Source of the DNA: Solirubrobacteraceae bacterium
GTDB lineage: Bacteria > Actinomycetota > Thermoleophilia > Solirubrobacterales > Solirubrobacteraceae
DNA length: 64,000 nt
NCBI GenBank assembly: GCA_036555665.1
Contig: DATBKW010000373.1
Span: 1,898-65,897 of the forward strand
Reading direction: 5' to 3'
Shown: one piece after another, positions 10,662-19,127 of the stretch
Position numbering within the stretch: the first letter of the stretch is position 1
How the letters are laid out: each line of letters starts with the position of its first letter
Position numbers and translations under genes: made by a program
The notes under the pieces: generated by a model
What the model was told of the DNA's origin: nothing
The model's database searches: none
What the model saw: only the letters and a program-made list of their open reading frames with translations

Positions 10662-11561
10662 GTGCGCACGCTGAAGACCTCCGAGGCTGCCGCGGTGCTC
10701 AACGTGAGCCCGAATACGCTCCGCGCGTGGGAGCGCCGTTTCGGCTACCCCAAGCCGCAGCGGACCGCCGGCAAGCATCGGCTCTACACACACGGCGAGG
10801 TCGCCGCTCTGCGCGACGCCCTGCAGGAAGGGCTTTCGATCTCGTCCGCAATCTCGCGTGCGCGCGAGTCGCTGAGTTCGGACACGAGCACGCTGGTCGG
10901 CGCCTTGCAGGCCTTCGAGCTCGACCGCGCGGATGCCGCGATGGAGGCGGCGCTCGCGCTGCGCTCCGTCGAGCGCAGCGTCGAGGAGGTCCTGCTGCCG
11001 TCGATCCGCGAGATCGGCGAGCGCCACGGCTTCGACTCGGCGCCCTGGGCCTTCGCCGCACGCTGGGCCACCGACTGGCTCCAGCGCGCCCAGCGGATGG
11101 CGCCGCCGCCGACGCGGCCGACCGCGATCCTGGTCGGCGACGCCACGCGCGACGACCTCGATCCCGACGCGCTGGCCCTCAAGGCGCTCCAGCTCTTCGC
11201 CGTCCGCTCCGGGGCGCGCGTGCTCGTCCTGCCGATCACCGGCGTGGCGGGCCTGAACGAGGTGCTCGGAGCGTTCGCGCCGCAGGTGGTCGTCATCGCC
11301 GGGGCTCACGCCTCCGATGACGACGTCGCACGCTGGGCCTACCGCGTCCGCTCCGCCAGCGGCGCACTGCCGATGGCGCTCTACCGCCGCGGCGGCCGCG
11401 CCGACGCCGCCCGCACGACCGCGCGCACCCTCCCGGATTCCTCCGGCGAGGCGCACCGCATCGTCCTTGACATTCTCGATGGCCGGCCGCGGGGGATGGC
11501 CGCTCCGGCTGACGACCACATCGACCAGCCGGACACCAGCCGCCAGGTGAAAGCTTCGTGA
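10662..11561 (+). CDS. MerR-family regulator with CarH/CarA-like C-terminal (B12-binding-like) module, paralogue A
   Basis: 299 aa, GTG start. HTH 'LNVSPNTLRAWERRFGYPKPQRTAGKHRLY'. Helical bundle 'LLPSIREIGERHG...'. Rossmann-like 'AILVGDATRDD...ARVLVLP...VVVIAGAH'. Confidence 0.75.
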   Translation: MRTLKTSEAAAVLNVSPNTLRAWERRFGYPKPQRTAGKHRLYTHGEVAALRDALQEGLSISSAISRARESLSSDTSTLVGALQAFELDRADAAMEAALALRSVERSVEEVLLPSIREIGERHGFDSAPWAFAARWATDWLQRAQRMAPPPTRPTAILVGDATRDDLDPDALALKALQLFAVRSGARVLVLPITGVAGLNEVLGAFAPQVVVIAGAHASDDDVARWAYRVRSASGALPMALYRRGGRADAARTTARTLPDSSGEAHRIVLDILDGRPRGMAAPADDHIDQPDTSRQVKAS

Positions 11562-12055
11562 TCGATCGCCCCCGCCTCGTCGCCCTACCGGGCCGAGACC
11601 ACCCACGCCCCGACGTCCACTTCTGCGGTCACTGCGGACGACCTCCTACGGCCACGGACATCCAGTCGGCGTCGCGCGTCTGCGCCCGCTGTGGCCTCGG
11701 CCTGATGGTTGCGGCAACGCCCGATGCGGCGCCGTCGCCCCACGACCCGTTCCTGCTGGTCGACGGCCAGCTCTCGGTCTGCGCGGTGAGCCGCCTGGCC
11801 GAGGAGCTGCTGCTCACCAGCGAGACGGAGGCCGTCAACTCCCATATCGGCGACCTGCTCGTGCCGGCCGACATCGAGCTCTCCGGCCCGGACTCGCTGG
11901 TCAACCTCATCGTGCACGCGGCCCGCGGCACGGGGGAGCCGAGCCACGTCGTGCTGCGCCCGGCGAAGGAGTTCGGGATCCGCTTCTGGGCGCGTATCGC
12001 GCCGTGCGGCCCGCCGCAGGCGGCGCTCATCGTGCTGGCCGACGGCCGGGCCTGA
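11558..12055 (+). CDS. Zinc-ribbon plus PAS-like domain protein
   Basis: 165 aa. GTG overlaps the upstream stop (GTGA). 'CGHCG...CARCG' forms a 4-Cys ribbon. 'FLLVDGQLSVCAVSRLAEELLLTSETEAVNSHIGDLL...FWARIAPCG...ALIVL' has a PAS-like pattern. Confidence 0.6.
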   Translation: MIDRPRLVALPGRDHPRPDVHFCGHCGRPPTATDIQSASRVCARCGLGLMVAATPDAAPSPHDPFLLVDGQLSVCAVSRLAEELLLTSETEAVNSHIGDLLVPADIELSGPDSLVNLIVHAARGTGEPSHVVLRPAKEFGIRFWARIAPCGPPQAALIVLADGRA

Positions 12056-12176
12056 CCAGCGGCGACATCGCCCGTCGCGGTCACCGGCCGCGGTCCTGCG
12101 TGTGCAAGGAAACGCCCAGGCTGCAGCAACGCTTGCCGACGTTGCGCAAACCTCACCAACGCTCGATACATCGCGC

Positions 12177-13040
12177 ATGGGCGCGATCCGCACCAACGCC
12201 GCTGCGGCCATGCTCGGCGTCAGCCCCAACACGCTGCGCTCCTGGGAGCGGCGCTTCGGGTTCCCCGAGCCGCAGCGCACCGCGGGCGGCCATCGCCAGT
12301 TCGACCTCTCGGAGATCGAGGCGCTGCGCAGCGCCTTCGAGGAGACGCACAACATCTCCTCGGCGGTCGCCCTCGCGCGCGAGCGCGGCGCCGGGCCCGC
12401 CACGCCGTCGCGCCTGCGCAGCGCGTTTGCGCGTTACGACGAGGTCGACGCCGATCGCGTCCTGGAGGAGAGCCTTGCCGTGCGCTCTGTCGAGCGGACG
12501 GTCGAGGAGGTGCTCCTGCGCGGCGTCGAGGCGCTCGATCCCACGGGCCCCGAGTACGGCTTCGCGTGGCGGTGGGCGACCGGATGGCTGGCGGCGGCGA
12601 TGCGGGTCGCCCCGTCGGCGACGCGCGCGGACGGCGTGCTCGTCTTCGATGCCAGCGCGCCGTGCGACCTCGATGCTCTGCACGCGCAGGCGTTGGAGCT
12701 ATGCCTGCGCCGCCGCGGGCTGCGCACGCTGACGCTGACCGTGGCGCTGGACCCCAGCCGCATGGGTCGCGCGTTGCACGCGCTCGCCCCGCGCGCGGTC
12801 GTGCTCACCGGCCGCCGCGCATCGCTCGACGGCCTCGGGCGCCTCGTGTATGCGGCGCGCAGGATCGGTGGCGACGGCGTCGCGATCTACGACTTCCGCG
12901 GTGCGCTGGGCGCGACGGGCGCGACCACCGTGCCGCGGCTTGGCGACGCCCCGCTGGCGGCGTGCGAGCAGCTCGTCGAGGACCTCGACGGCGGTGCGCG
13001 GGCTCAGCGGCCCGAGCTGATCGCGGTCGGTCGCTACTGA
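12177..13040 (+). CDS. MerR-family regulator with CarH/CarA-like C-terminal module, paralogue B
   Basis: ATG at 12177 within track ORF 12102..13040. HTH 'LGVSPNTLRSWERRFGFPEPQRTAGGHRQF' is nearly identical in pattern to paralogue A, with the same downstream architecture. Confidence 0.75.
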   Translation: MGAIRTNAAAAMLGVSPNTLRSWERRFGFPEPQRTAGGHRQFDLSEIEALRSAFEETHNISSAVALARERGAGPATPSRLRSAFARYDEVDADRVLEESLAVRSVERTVEEVLLRGVEALDPTGPEYGFAWRWATGWLAAAMRVAPSATRADGVLVFDASAPCDLDALHAQALELCLRRRGLRTLTLTVALDPSRMGRALHALAPRAVVLTGRRASLDGLGRLVYAARRIGGDGVAIYDFRGALGATGATTVPRLGDAPLAACEQLVEDLDGGARAQRPELIAVGRY

Positions 13041-13684
13041 GCGCTGATCACCCCGCTCCCGGTGACCGTCCGGGTGACGCGCGCGGGGTTGCCGCCATAG
13101 AGGATCGTGCCGCGGCCCGAGAGCGTCGCCGCGAGGCTGCGCGTCGCGGTGAGCGTGATGGTGCCGTCGCCACTGAGAACGGCTCTCGCGTCGCGCGCGA
13201 CGAGCTCGCGCAGCAGGACGTTCCCTGCGCCGCTGAGGGTGACGCCGAGCTTTGCCGTGGTTCCGGTCGCGGCGATGTTCCCGGCGCCTGCGAGCTTGAG
13301 GTTGTCCAGCACGGGCAGGCTCACGGCCACGAACATCGGGGTCTTGGCATTGAGGCTGCCGGGAGTGGTCCCGATCACCAGCCTGCCCGCGCGCACTCGC
13401 GTGGTGACGCGTCCGAGCAGGTTGCTGTCGGCGTGGACGATGACCGACTGCTTGCCGCCGACATGGACGATGACGTTGTTGGCGCCGGCCAGGTCGATGG
13501 CGCTGAAGGGTGGAAGCTCCCGCACCTGCGTCTTTGCGACGCCCGAGCCGGTGCCCGCCGGGGTGCTCGAGCTGTCGAAGAAGATCCTGTCGATGACGAG
13601 CGTCATCAACAGGAGGACGCCGACTGCCAACAGCGCCAGCTGCAGGCGCCCCTGGCGGCCGATTTCGGTGCGCCGCGTGCTCAT
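13034..13684 (-). CDS. DUF2807-like (putative adhesin head / GIN domain) membrane-anchored protein
   Basis: ATG at 13684 (alternative GTG at 13699). N-terminal TM 'LQLALLAVGVLLLMTLVI'. Repeated beta-helix-like 'LAGAGNI...LSGAGNV...LSGDGTI...LSGRGTI'. Confidence 0.65.
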   Translation of the reverse strand: MSTRRTEIGRQGRLQLALLAVGVLLLMTLVIDRIFFDSSSTPAGTGSGVAKTQVRELPPFSAIDLAGANNVIVHVGGKQSVIVHADSNLLGRVTTRVRAGRLVIGTTPGSLNAKTPMFVAVSLPVLDNLKLAGAGNIAATGTTAKLGVTLSGAGNVLLRELVARDARAVLSGDGTITLTATRSLAATLSGRGTILYGGNPARVTRTVTGSGVISAQ

Positions 13685-13782
13685 GACCTGATCTCCCACG
13701 CACCCTTGCAGCGCGTGAGTGCGAGCACATCCGCGAGCGCCCGCAATGAGCGCCGCGCGGAACTACTGACCGACGCCCGACG

Positions 13783-14169
13783 CTAGCGGCGCTTGACGCG
13801 CGGGCGGCGGTCCATCCGCCGCAGCTCGCGCTCGACGCGCTCGACGCTCTCGGCCACCTGGCTGACCAGGTGCTCGATGCCCTGGTTGCGGTCGAGCTCG
13901 GCGCGAGCGCTCGAGACGGCCTCGCGCAGCATGCGCACCTCGAGGCCGAAGCGGCCGCGCAGCGCGTTGATCTCGTCGTCGTGCGAGCGGCGCAGCCCGG
14001 CGACCTCGTTGGCGTGGCGCTCGCGTGCGACGCAGAGCTCGACCTGGGTCGAGCGCTCCAGGGCGCGCGCGGCCTCCGTGGCGGAGCGCGCGGAGCGCAT
14101 GCGACGGAGCGTCGGGATGAGGAAGACCAGGCCGCAGGCCAGGCCGACGAAGTAGGCGGCTACGTACAT
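13783..14169 (-). CDS. Small membrane-anchored coiled-coil protein, unknown function
   Basis: ATG at 14169 in track ORF 13783..14559. TM 'MYVAAYFVGLACGLVFLIPTL' followed by a charged helical region. Confidence 0.45.
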   Translation of the reverse strand: MYVAAYFVGLACGLVFLIPTLRRMRSARSATEAARALERSTQVELCVARERHANEVAGLRRSHDDEINALRGRFGLEVRMLREAVSSARAELDRNQGIEHLVSQVAESVERVERELRRMDRRPRVKRR

Positions 14170-14210
14170 TCGCCTCGGCAATCGACCACTGAGAGTCGAT
14201 CCTGAGGCGA
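14170..14210. promoter_or_regulatory. Nested inverted repeat, candidate MarR operator
   Basis: TCGCCTC-ggca-ATCGAC-cactgaga-GTCGAT-cct-GAGGCGA, between divergent genes 14169(-) and 14270(+). Confidence 0.35.
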
Positions 14211-14269
14211 TTTCTGCGGAAGTGGACGGTCGTCGGAGCCGTCCGCCCCTGGCGTAATGATCTCGCGCG

Positions 14270-14701
14270 ATGACGCTCGTGCCCGGTGATCCCCTGGCCC
14301 ACCGCGCGCTGGACTCGCTGTTACGCGCGGAGGCGAGCGTCCGTCGGCGCCTTTCGGCCGACCTCGAGCGCGAGGGCCTGAGCGCGTCTGGGTTCAGCGT
14401 CCTTGTAGTGCTCACGACGGCCGGCGGCCAGCTCGAGCTGCGCGCGCTGCGCCGTCGGCTGCAGACGTCGAAAGCCAATGCGACCGAGGTGGTAACGACG
14501 CTCGAGGTCCGCGGCCTCGTCGTCCGCAGCCGCCTGCCCCACGACCGCCGTGCCGCCACGGTTGCGTTGACGCCGCTCGGTCAGGAGGTCGTCGACCGGC
14601 TCTTCCCCGAGCACACCGATCGCGTGCAGCGCGCGTTTGCGGTGCTCGACGAGCGGGAGAAGCGGTCGCTCGCCGAAATCTGCCGCAAGCTCGCGGCCTA
14701 G
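14270..14701 (+). CDS. MarR-family transcriptional regulator
   Basis: 143 aa. Winged-HTH pattern 'LRALRRRLQTSKANATEVVTTLEVRGLVVRSRLPHDRRAATVALTPLG'. Confidence 0.8.
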   Translation: MTLVPGDPLAHRALDSLLRAEASVRRRLSADLEREGLSASGFSVLVVLTTAGGQLELRALRRRLQTSKANATEVVTTLEVRGLVVRSRLPHDRRAATVALTPLGQEVVDRLFPEHTDRVQRAFAVLDEREKRSLAEICRKLAA

Positions 14702-15942
14702 CCGGCGCGCCGCGTCACGAGCCGGATCCGCAGGCCCTGCGTCGCGTAGGCGATCAGCGCCTGCCCGCGCGTCGTCATCGCGAAGGCCGGCGGGGTGCTG
14801 ACCGCGGAGTCGGTGCCGGAGACGGTTCGCACCGTGCCCACGATCCCGCCCGGGGCGATGCGCACGACGCGCACGCGATGTCGCACGCCGTTGCCGCCGA
14901 CGACCCACGCCGCGTAGCCGGCGCCGCTGTCGACCGCGAGCGCGGCGTCGCGCGTGCGCTCGCCGGGCGGCGTGAGCGCGAGCACGGGCGTGACCGCGTG
15001 GCCGTCGGGCGCGAGCTGCAGCGCCTGCAGCGGCCCGGCCGGCGAGTCGGCGCGCGCGGACACGAAGGTCACGAGCACCTCGTCGTTGGTCGTGGCGATC
15101 GCCTGCGCGGTCAGCGCCCGGGCGGTCGACGGGGCAAGGACGATCGGGGCGCCGAACGGCGCGCCGGGCGCCGCGGATGCGGCCACCAGCGCGCGGCCGT
15201 TCGCATCCGCCTGGGTCCAGACGGCGACGATATGGCCGCCGGACGTGACGGCCAGCTTCGGCGTGCGCGCGAAGCCGCCCGGCGCCGACACGCGCGTCGC
15301 CGGGCCGAACGCGGTCGCCCCGGGCGCGACCGTTGCGGTGTAGATCGCGCCGCCGCTCGGCCAGACGGCGATCAGCGCCCCGTTGGCGAGGCGGACGACC
15401 TGCGCGTCGAAGGTGGCGCCGACGGGCAGCCGCATGGTGACGCCCGGGCGCCCTTGCGGAATCGACCGCACATACGCCGCCGTGCGCCGATTGAACTGCA
15501 CGAGATTCGGGGTCACGAAGGCCGGGTCGTAGCTGTTGGGCGGCCCCGTGATCGCGTTGGGCCCGGTCGTCGCCCCGGTGCGCGTCACCGAGGAGAGCTG
15601 GAGCACGCGAGCGTCGGGGTTGCGGAACTGCCGCCACATGACGAGCGCCGAATGGCCGCTGTAGGTGAGGGCCGTCGAGTCGAGTCCGCGCGTGTCGCGC
15701 GCGGTGATGACCGGCGTGCCCAGCGTGTCGACCGTGCCCTGGCGCAACTCGACGCGGTCGGCGCCGTCGATGTGGCGGACGTAGCCGACGCCGGCGGCGT
15801 CGGGTCCGCCGAGGGCGACGACGGGCTCGCGGGCCTGCCCGCTCACAGTCACCGATCGTGGCGCGCTCCAGGGTGCTGCGTGGGCGGCCGCCGGCGCCAG
15901 CGCGAGCGCGAGCACGGCCGTCAGGACGGTGCGCGTGGTCAT
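14698..15942 (-). CDS. Secreted repeat protein of unknown function
   Basis: ATG at 15942. Signal peptide 'MTTRTVLTAVLALALAPAAAHA/AP'. Recurring '...ALVMW / LIAVW / IVAVW / YAAWV' beta-strand motifs suggest a propeller-like fold. Shares a CTAG stop with MarR. Confidence 0.6.
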   Translation of the reverse strand: MTTRTVLTAVLALALAPAAAHAAPWSAPRSVTVSGQAREPVVALGGPDAAGVGYVRHIDGADRVELRQGTVDTLGTPVITARDTRGLDSTALTYSGHSALVMWRQFRNPDARVLQLSSVTRTGATTGPNAITGPPNSYDPAFVTPNLVQFNRRTAAYVRSIPQGRPGVTMRLPVGATFDAQVVRLANGALIAVWPSGGAIYTATVAPGATAFGPATRVSAPGGFARTPKLAVTSGGHIVAVWTQADANGRALVAASAAPGAPFGAPIVLAPSTARALTAQAIATTNDEVLVTFVSARADSPAGPLQALQLAPDGHAVTPVLALTPPGERTRDAALAVDSGAGYAAWVVGGNGVRHRVRVVRIAPGGIVGTVRTVSGTDSAVSTPPAFAMTTRGQALIAYATQGLRIRLVTRRAG

Positions 15943-16000
15943 CGCCCGTTGCAACGCTCCGGGATACCCCGGGGTTGCGCTCCTACAATTCCCCGTCCAG

Positions 16001-19000
16001 ATGGTGCGTCGTCCCGTCGACCCCCAGCAGTCGTTCCCTGCCCTCGAGGAGCAGGTCCTCGCGCGCTGGCGCGAACGCGACGTGTTCCACGAGTCGGTCC
16101 GCCGCCGCGCGGGCGCGCAGTCGTGGGTCTTCTGGGAGGGCCCGCCGACGGCGAACGGCAAGCCCGGCGCGCACCACGTGCTGTCGCGCGTCTTCAAGGA
16201 CATCTATCCGCGCTACAAGACCATGCGCGGCTACCAGGTCGAGCGCAAGGGCGGCTGGGACACCCACGGCCTGCCCGTCGAGATCGCCGTCCAGCAGCAG
16301 CTCGGGATCGAGAACAAGCGCGAGATCGAGGAGTTCGGGATCGCCGAGTTCAACCAGCGCTGCCGCGAAGCGGTCTTCGAGTACCTCGAGGACTGGAACG
16401 CGCTGACCGAGCGCATCGGCTTCTGGATCGACCTCGAGGACGCCTATCGCACGCTTGACGCAACGTACGTCGAGTCGGTGTGGTGGGCGCTGCGCCAGAT
16501 CCACGACAAGGGCCTGCTCTACGAGGGCCACAAGGTCGTGCCCTATTGCCCGGGATGCGAGACGGCGCTCTCCAGTCACGAGGTCGCGCTGGGCTATGAG
16601 GACGTCGTCGACCCGAGCGTCTACGTGCGCCTGCCGGTCGTCGAGGACGGCGGCCCGCTGCAGGCCGGCGACGAACTGCTCGTGTGGACCACGACGCCGT
16701 GGACGCTGGTCTCCAACGCGGCGGTCGCGGTCGACCCCGAGCTGACCTACGTGCGCGCCAAGGCCGGCCCGCTCGAGGCGCCCGTCGTCCTCGCCGAGTC
16801 GCTCGTCGAGCGCGTGCTCGGCCGCGATGGCGTCCAGGTCCTCGCTCGCTTCCCGGGGGCCGCGCTCGACGGCGTGCGCTACGAGCCGCCGTTCCCGTTC
16901 CTGAAGTCCGACGTCTACGGCGAGCGTGGGCACACCGTGCTGCTCGGGGATTTCGTCACCGCCGACGACGGCACCGACCTCATGCACACCGCGATCGCCT
17001 TTGGCGACGAGGACTTCCGCCTCGGCCAGCAATACGGGCTCAACGTCGTCAACCCGGTGCGCCTGGACGGGACCTACGACGAGCGCATCGGCCCGTACGC
17101 GGGACGCAAGGTCCAGGACGCCAACCCCGATCTCATCGAGGACCTGCGCGCGCGCGGGCGCCTGCTGCGCGCCGAGACGATCGAGCACGCCTACCCGCAT
17201 TGCTGGCGCTCGGGCGACCCGCTCATCTACTACGCCAAGCGCTCGTGGTACATCGCCACCTCTCAGCTGCGCGACGAGCTCATCGAGGCCAACAACCAGG
17301 TCGCCTGGCACCCCGAGCACATCCGCGACGGGCGCATGGGCGACTGGCTGCGCGGCAACGTCGACTGGGCGCTGTCGCGCGAGCGCTACTGGGGTACGCC
17401 GCTGCCCGTCTGGCGCTGCTCGCGCGACGCCGAGCACACCCACGTCATCGGGTCGTTCGATGAGCTGGAGGAGCTGTCCGGCGTGCGCCTCGAGGACCCA
17501 CACCGCCCGTTCGTCGACGAGGTCGGCTTCCCGTGCCCGCAGTGCGGGGCGCGGATGGAGCGCGTGCCCGAGGTCATCGACGTCTGGTTCGACTCGGGTT
17601 CGATGCCCTTCGCGCAATACCACGCGCCGTTCGAGAACGAGGAGCGCTTCCAGGCCCGCAGCTACGCGAACTTCGTCTGCGAGGCGATCGACCAGACGCG
17701 CGGGTGGTTCTACTCGCTGCTGGCCATCAGCGTCCTGCTCTTCGACCGTTCGCCCTACGAGACGGTCGTCTGCCTGGGCCTGATCCTGGACGCCGAGGGC
17801 CAGAAGATGTCGAAGTCCAAGGGCAACATCGTCGTGCCCTGGGACGTCATCGACCGCTTCGGGGCCGATGCCTTCCGATGGTACTTCTTCACGGCCAAGA
17901 ACCCGTGGGACGCGTACCGCTTCAACGTCGACACGATCGGCGACTCGATCCGGCTGTTCCTGCGCCAGCTGTGGAACACGTACGCCTTCCTGTCGACGTA
18001 CGAGCGGGAGCGGCCTGGCGAGGTGACCGACCTGGATCGCTGGATCCTGTCGCGTCTGGCCGCCACGGTCGAAGAGGTGACCGAGCGCATGGACGCGTTC
18101 GACGCCACGACCGCGGGGCGCGCCATCGCCGAGTTCGTCGACGACCTGTCCAACTGGTACGTGCGCGGATCGCGGCGGCGCTTCTGGGAGGGCGACGGCG
18201 CCGCGTTCACGACGCTCGAGACGGCGCTGGTGACGGTCGCCAAGCTGCTCGCGCCGTTCACGCCGTTCGTGGCCGACGAGCTCTACGACAACCTCGACGG
18301 GTCCGAGCCGTCGGTGCACCTGTGCGACTGGCCGGAGCCCGGCGAGCGCGACGTGGGCCTCGAGCACGCGATGACGGTCGCGCGCGAGACGGTGCGCCTC
18401 GGGCTGTCGGCCCGTGCCGCTGCGAAGGTCAAGCTGCGCCAGCCGCTGAAGGAGGCGGTCGTGGTCGCGGTCGGTCGCGAGCGCGACGGCATCGAGCGCT
18501 TGGCCGACATCGTGCGCGATCAGCTCAACGTCAAGGAGCTGCGCTTCGTGCAGGCGGCCGACGAGCTGGGCTCCTACGAGGTCAAGCCCAACTACCGCGC
18601 GCTCGGGCCGCGCTTCGGCAAGGCGATGCCGCAGGTCGCGGCGGCGGTCGCGGCGCTCGACCCGACGCATGTTGGCGAGGCGCTGCGCGAGGGTCAGCCG
18701 ATCGGCATCTCTGTCGACGGCCATGACCACGAGCTCGGTCCCGACGACCTGCTGCTGGCGATGGCGCCGCTCGAGGGCTACCAGCTCGAGCGCGAGGGCT
18801 CGCATGCGGTGGCGCTGGAGCTCGCCCTGGACGACGAGCTGCGCCGCGAAGGCCTGGCGCGCGAGGTCGTGCATGCGGTGCAGAACGCGCGCAAGGCGGC
18901 CGGCCTGGCCGTGGAGGACCGCATCCGGCTCGTGCTCGGTGGCGACGACGAGCTCGTCGGCGCAGCGCAGGCGCACGAGGAGTACCTCGCTCGCGAGGTG

Positions 19001-19093
19001 CTCGCGGTCGAGGTCGTCTACGACGGCGCACACGACGGAGTGCTGGCGACGATCGAGGACCGCGAGCTCCGCATCGCGGTCGCACGGGCCTAG
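16001..19093 (+). CDS. ileS: Isoleucine--tRNA ligase
   Basis: ATG at 16001 in track ORF 15929..19093. Class I motifs 'PTANGKPGAHHV' (HIGH) and 'KMSKSKGN' (KMSKS), CP1 editing domain 'WTTTPWT', length about 1030 aa. Confidence 0.95.
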   Translation: MVRRPVDPQQSFPALEEQVLARWRERDVFHESVRRRAGAQSWVFWEGPPTANGKPGAHHVLSRVFKDIYPRYKTMRGYQVERKGGWDTHGLPVEIAVQQQLGIENKREIEEFGIAEFNQRCREAVFEYLEDWNALTERIGFWIDLEDAYRTLDATYVESVWWALRQIHDKGLLYEGHKVVPYCPGCETALSSHEVALGYEDVVDPSVYVRLPVVEDGGPLQAGDELLVWTTTPWTLVSNAAVAVDPELTYVRAKAGPLEAPVVLAESLVERVLGRDGVQVLARFPGAALDGVRYEPPFPFLKSDVYGERGHTVLLGDFVTADDGTDLMHTAIAFGDEDFRLGQQYGLNVVNPVRLDGTYDERIGPYAGRKVQDANPDLIEDLRARGRLLRAETIEHAYPHCWRSGDPLIYYAKRSWYIATSQLRDELIEANNQVAWHPEHIRDGRMGDWLRGNVDWALSRERYWGTPLPVWRCSRDAEHTHVIGSFDELEELSGVRLEDPHRPFVDEVGFPCPQCGARMERVPEVIDVWFDSGSMPFAQYHAPFENEERFQARSYANFVCEAIDQTRGWFYSLLAISVLLFDRSPYETVVCLGLILDAEGQKMSKSKGNIVVPWDVIDRFGADAFRWYFFTAKNPWDAYRFNVDTIGDSIRLFLRQLWNTYAFLSTYERERPGEVTDLDRWILSRLAATVEEVTERMDAFDATTAGRAIAEFVDDLSNWYVRGSRRRFWEGDGAAFTTLETALVTVAKLLAPFTPFVADELYDNLDGSEPSVHLCDWPEPGERDVGLEHAMTVARETVRLGLSARAAAKVKLRQPLKEAVVVAVGRERDGIERLADIVRDQLNVKELRFVQAADELGSYEVKPNYRALGPRFGKAMPQVAAAVAALDPTHVGEALREGQPIGISVDGHDHELGPDDLLLAMAPLEGYQLEREGSHAVALELALDDELRREGLAREVVHAVQNARKAAGLAVEDRIRLVLGGDDELVGAAQAHEEYLAREVLAVEVVYDGAHDGVLATIEDRELRIAVARA

Positions 19094-19127
19094 GCCGGGC
19101 CCAGGTTCCAGATGGGCCCAGCGGCCC

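Noticed and set aside
15943-16000. T-box or attenuator leader upstream of ileS
   Set aside because: Only 58 nt separate ileS from the divergent gene. A TACAAT hexamer (15984-15989) suggests a near-leaderless transcript, leaving no room for a T-box.
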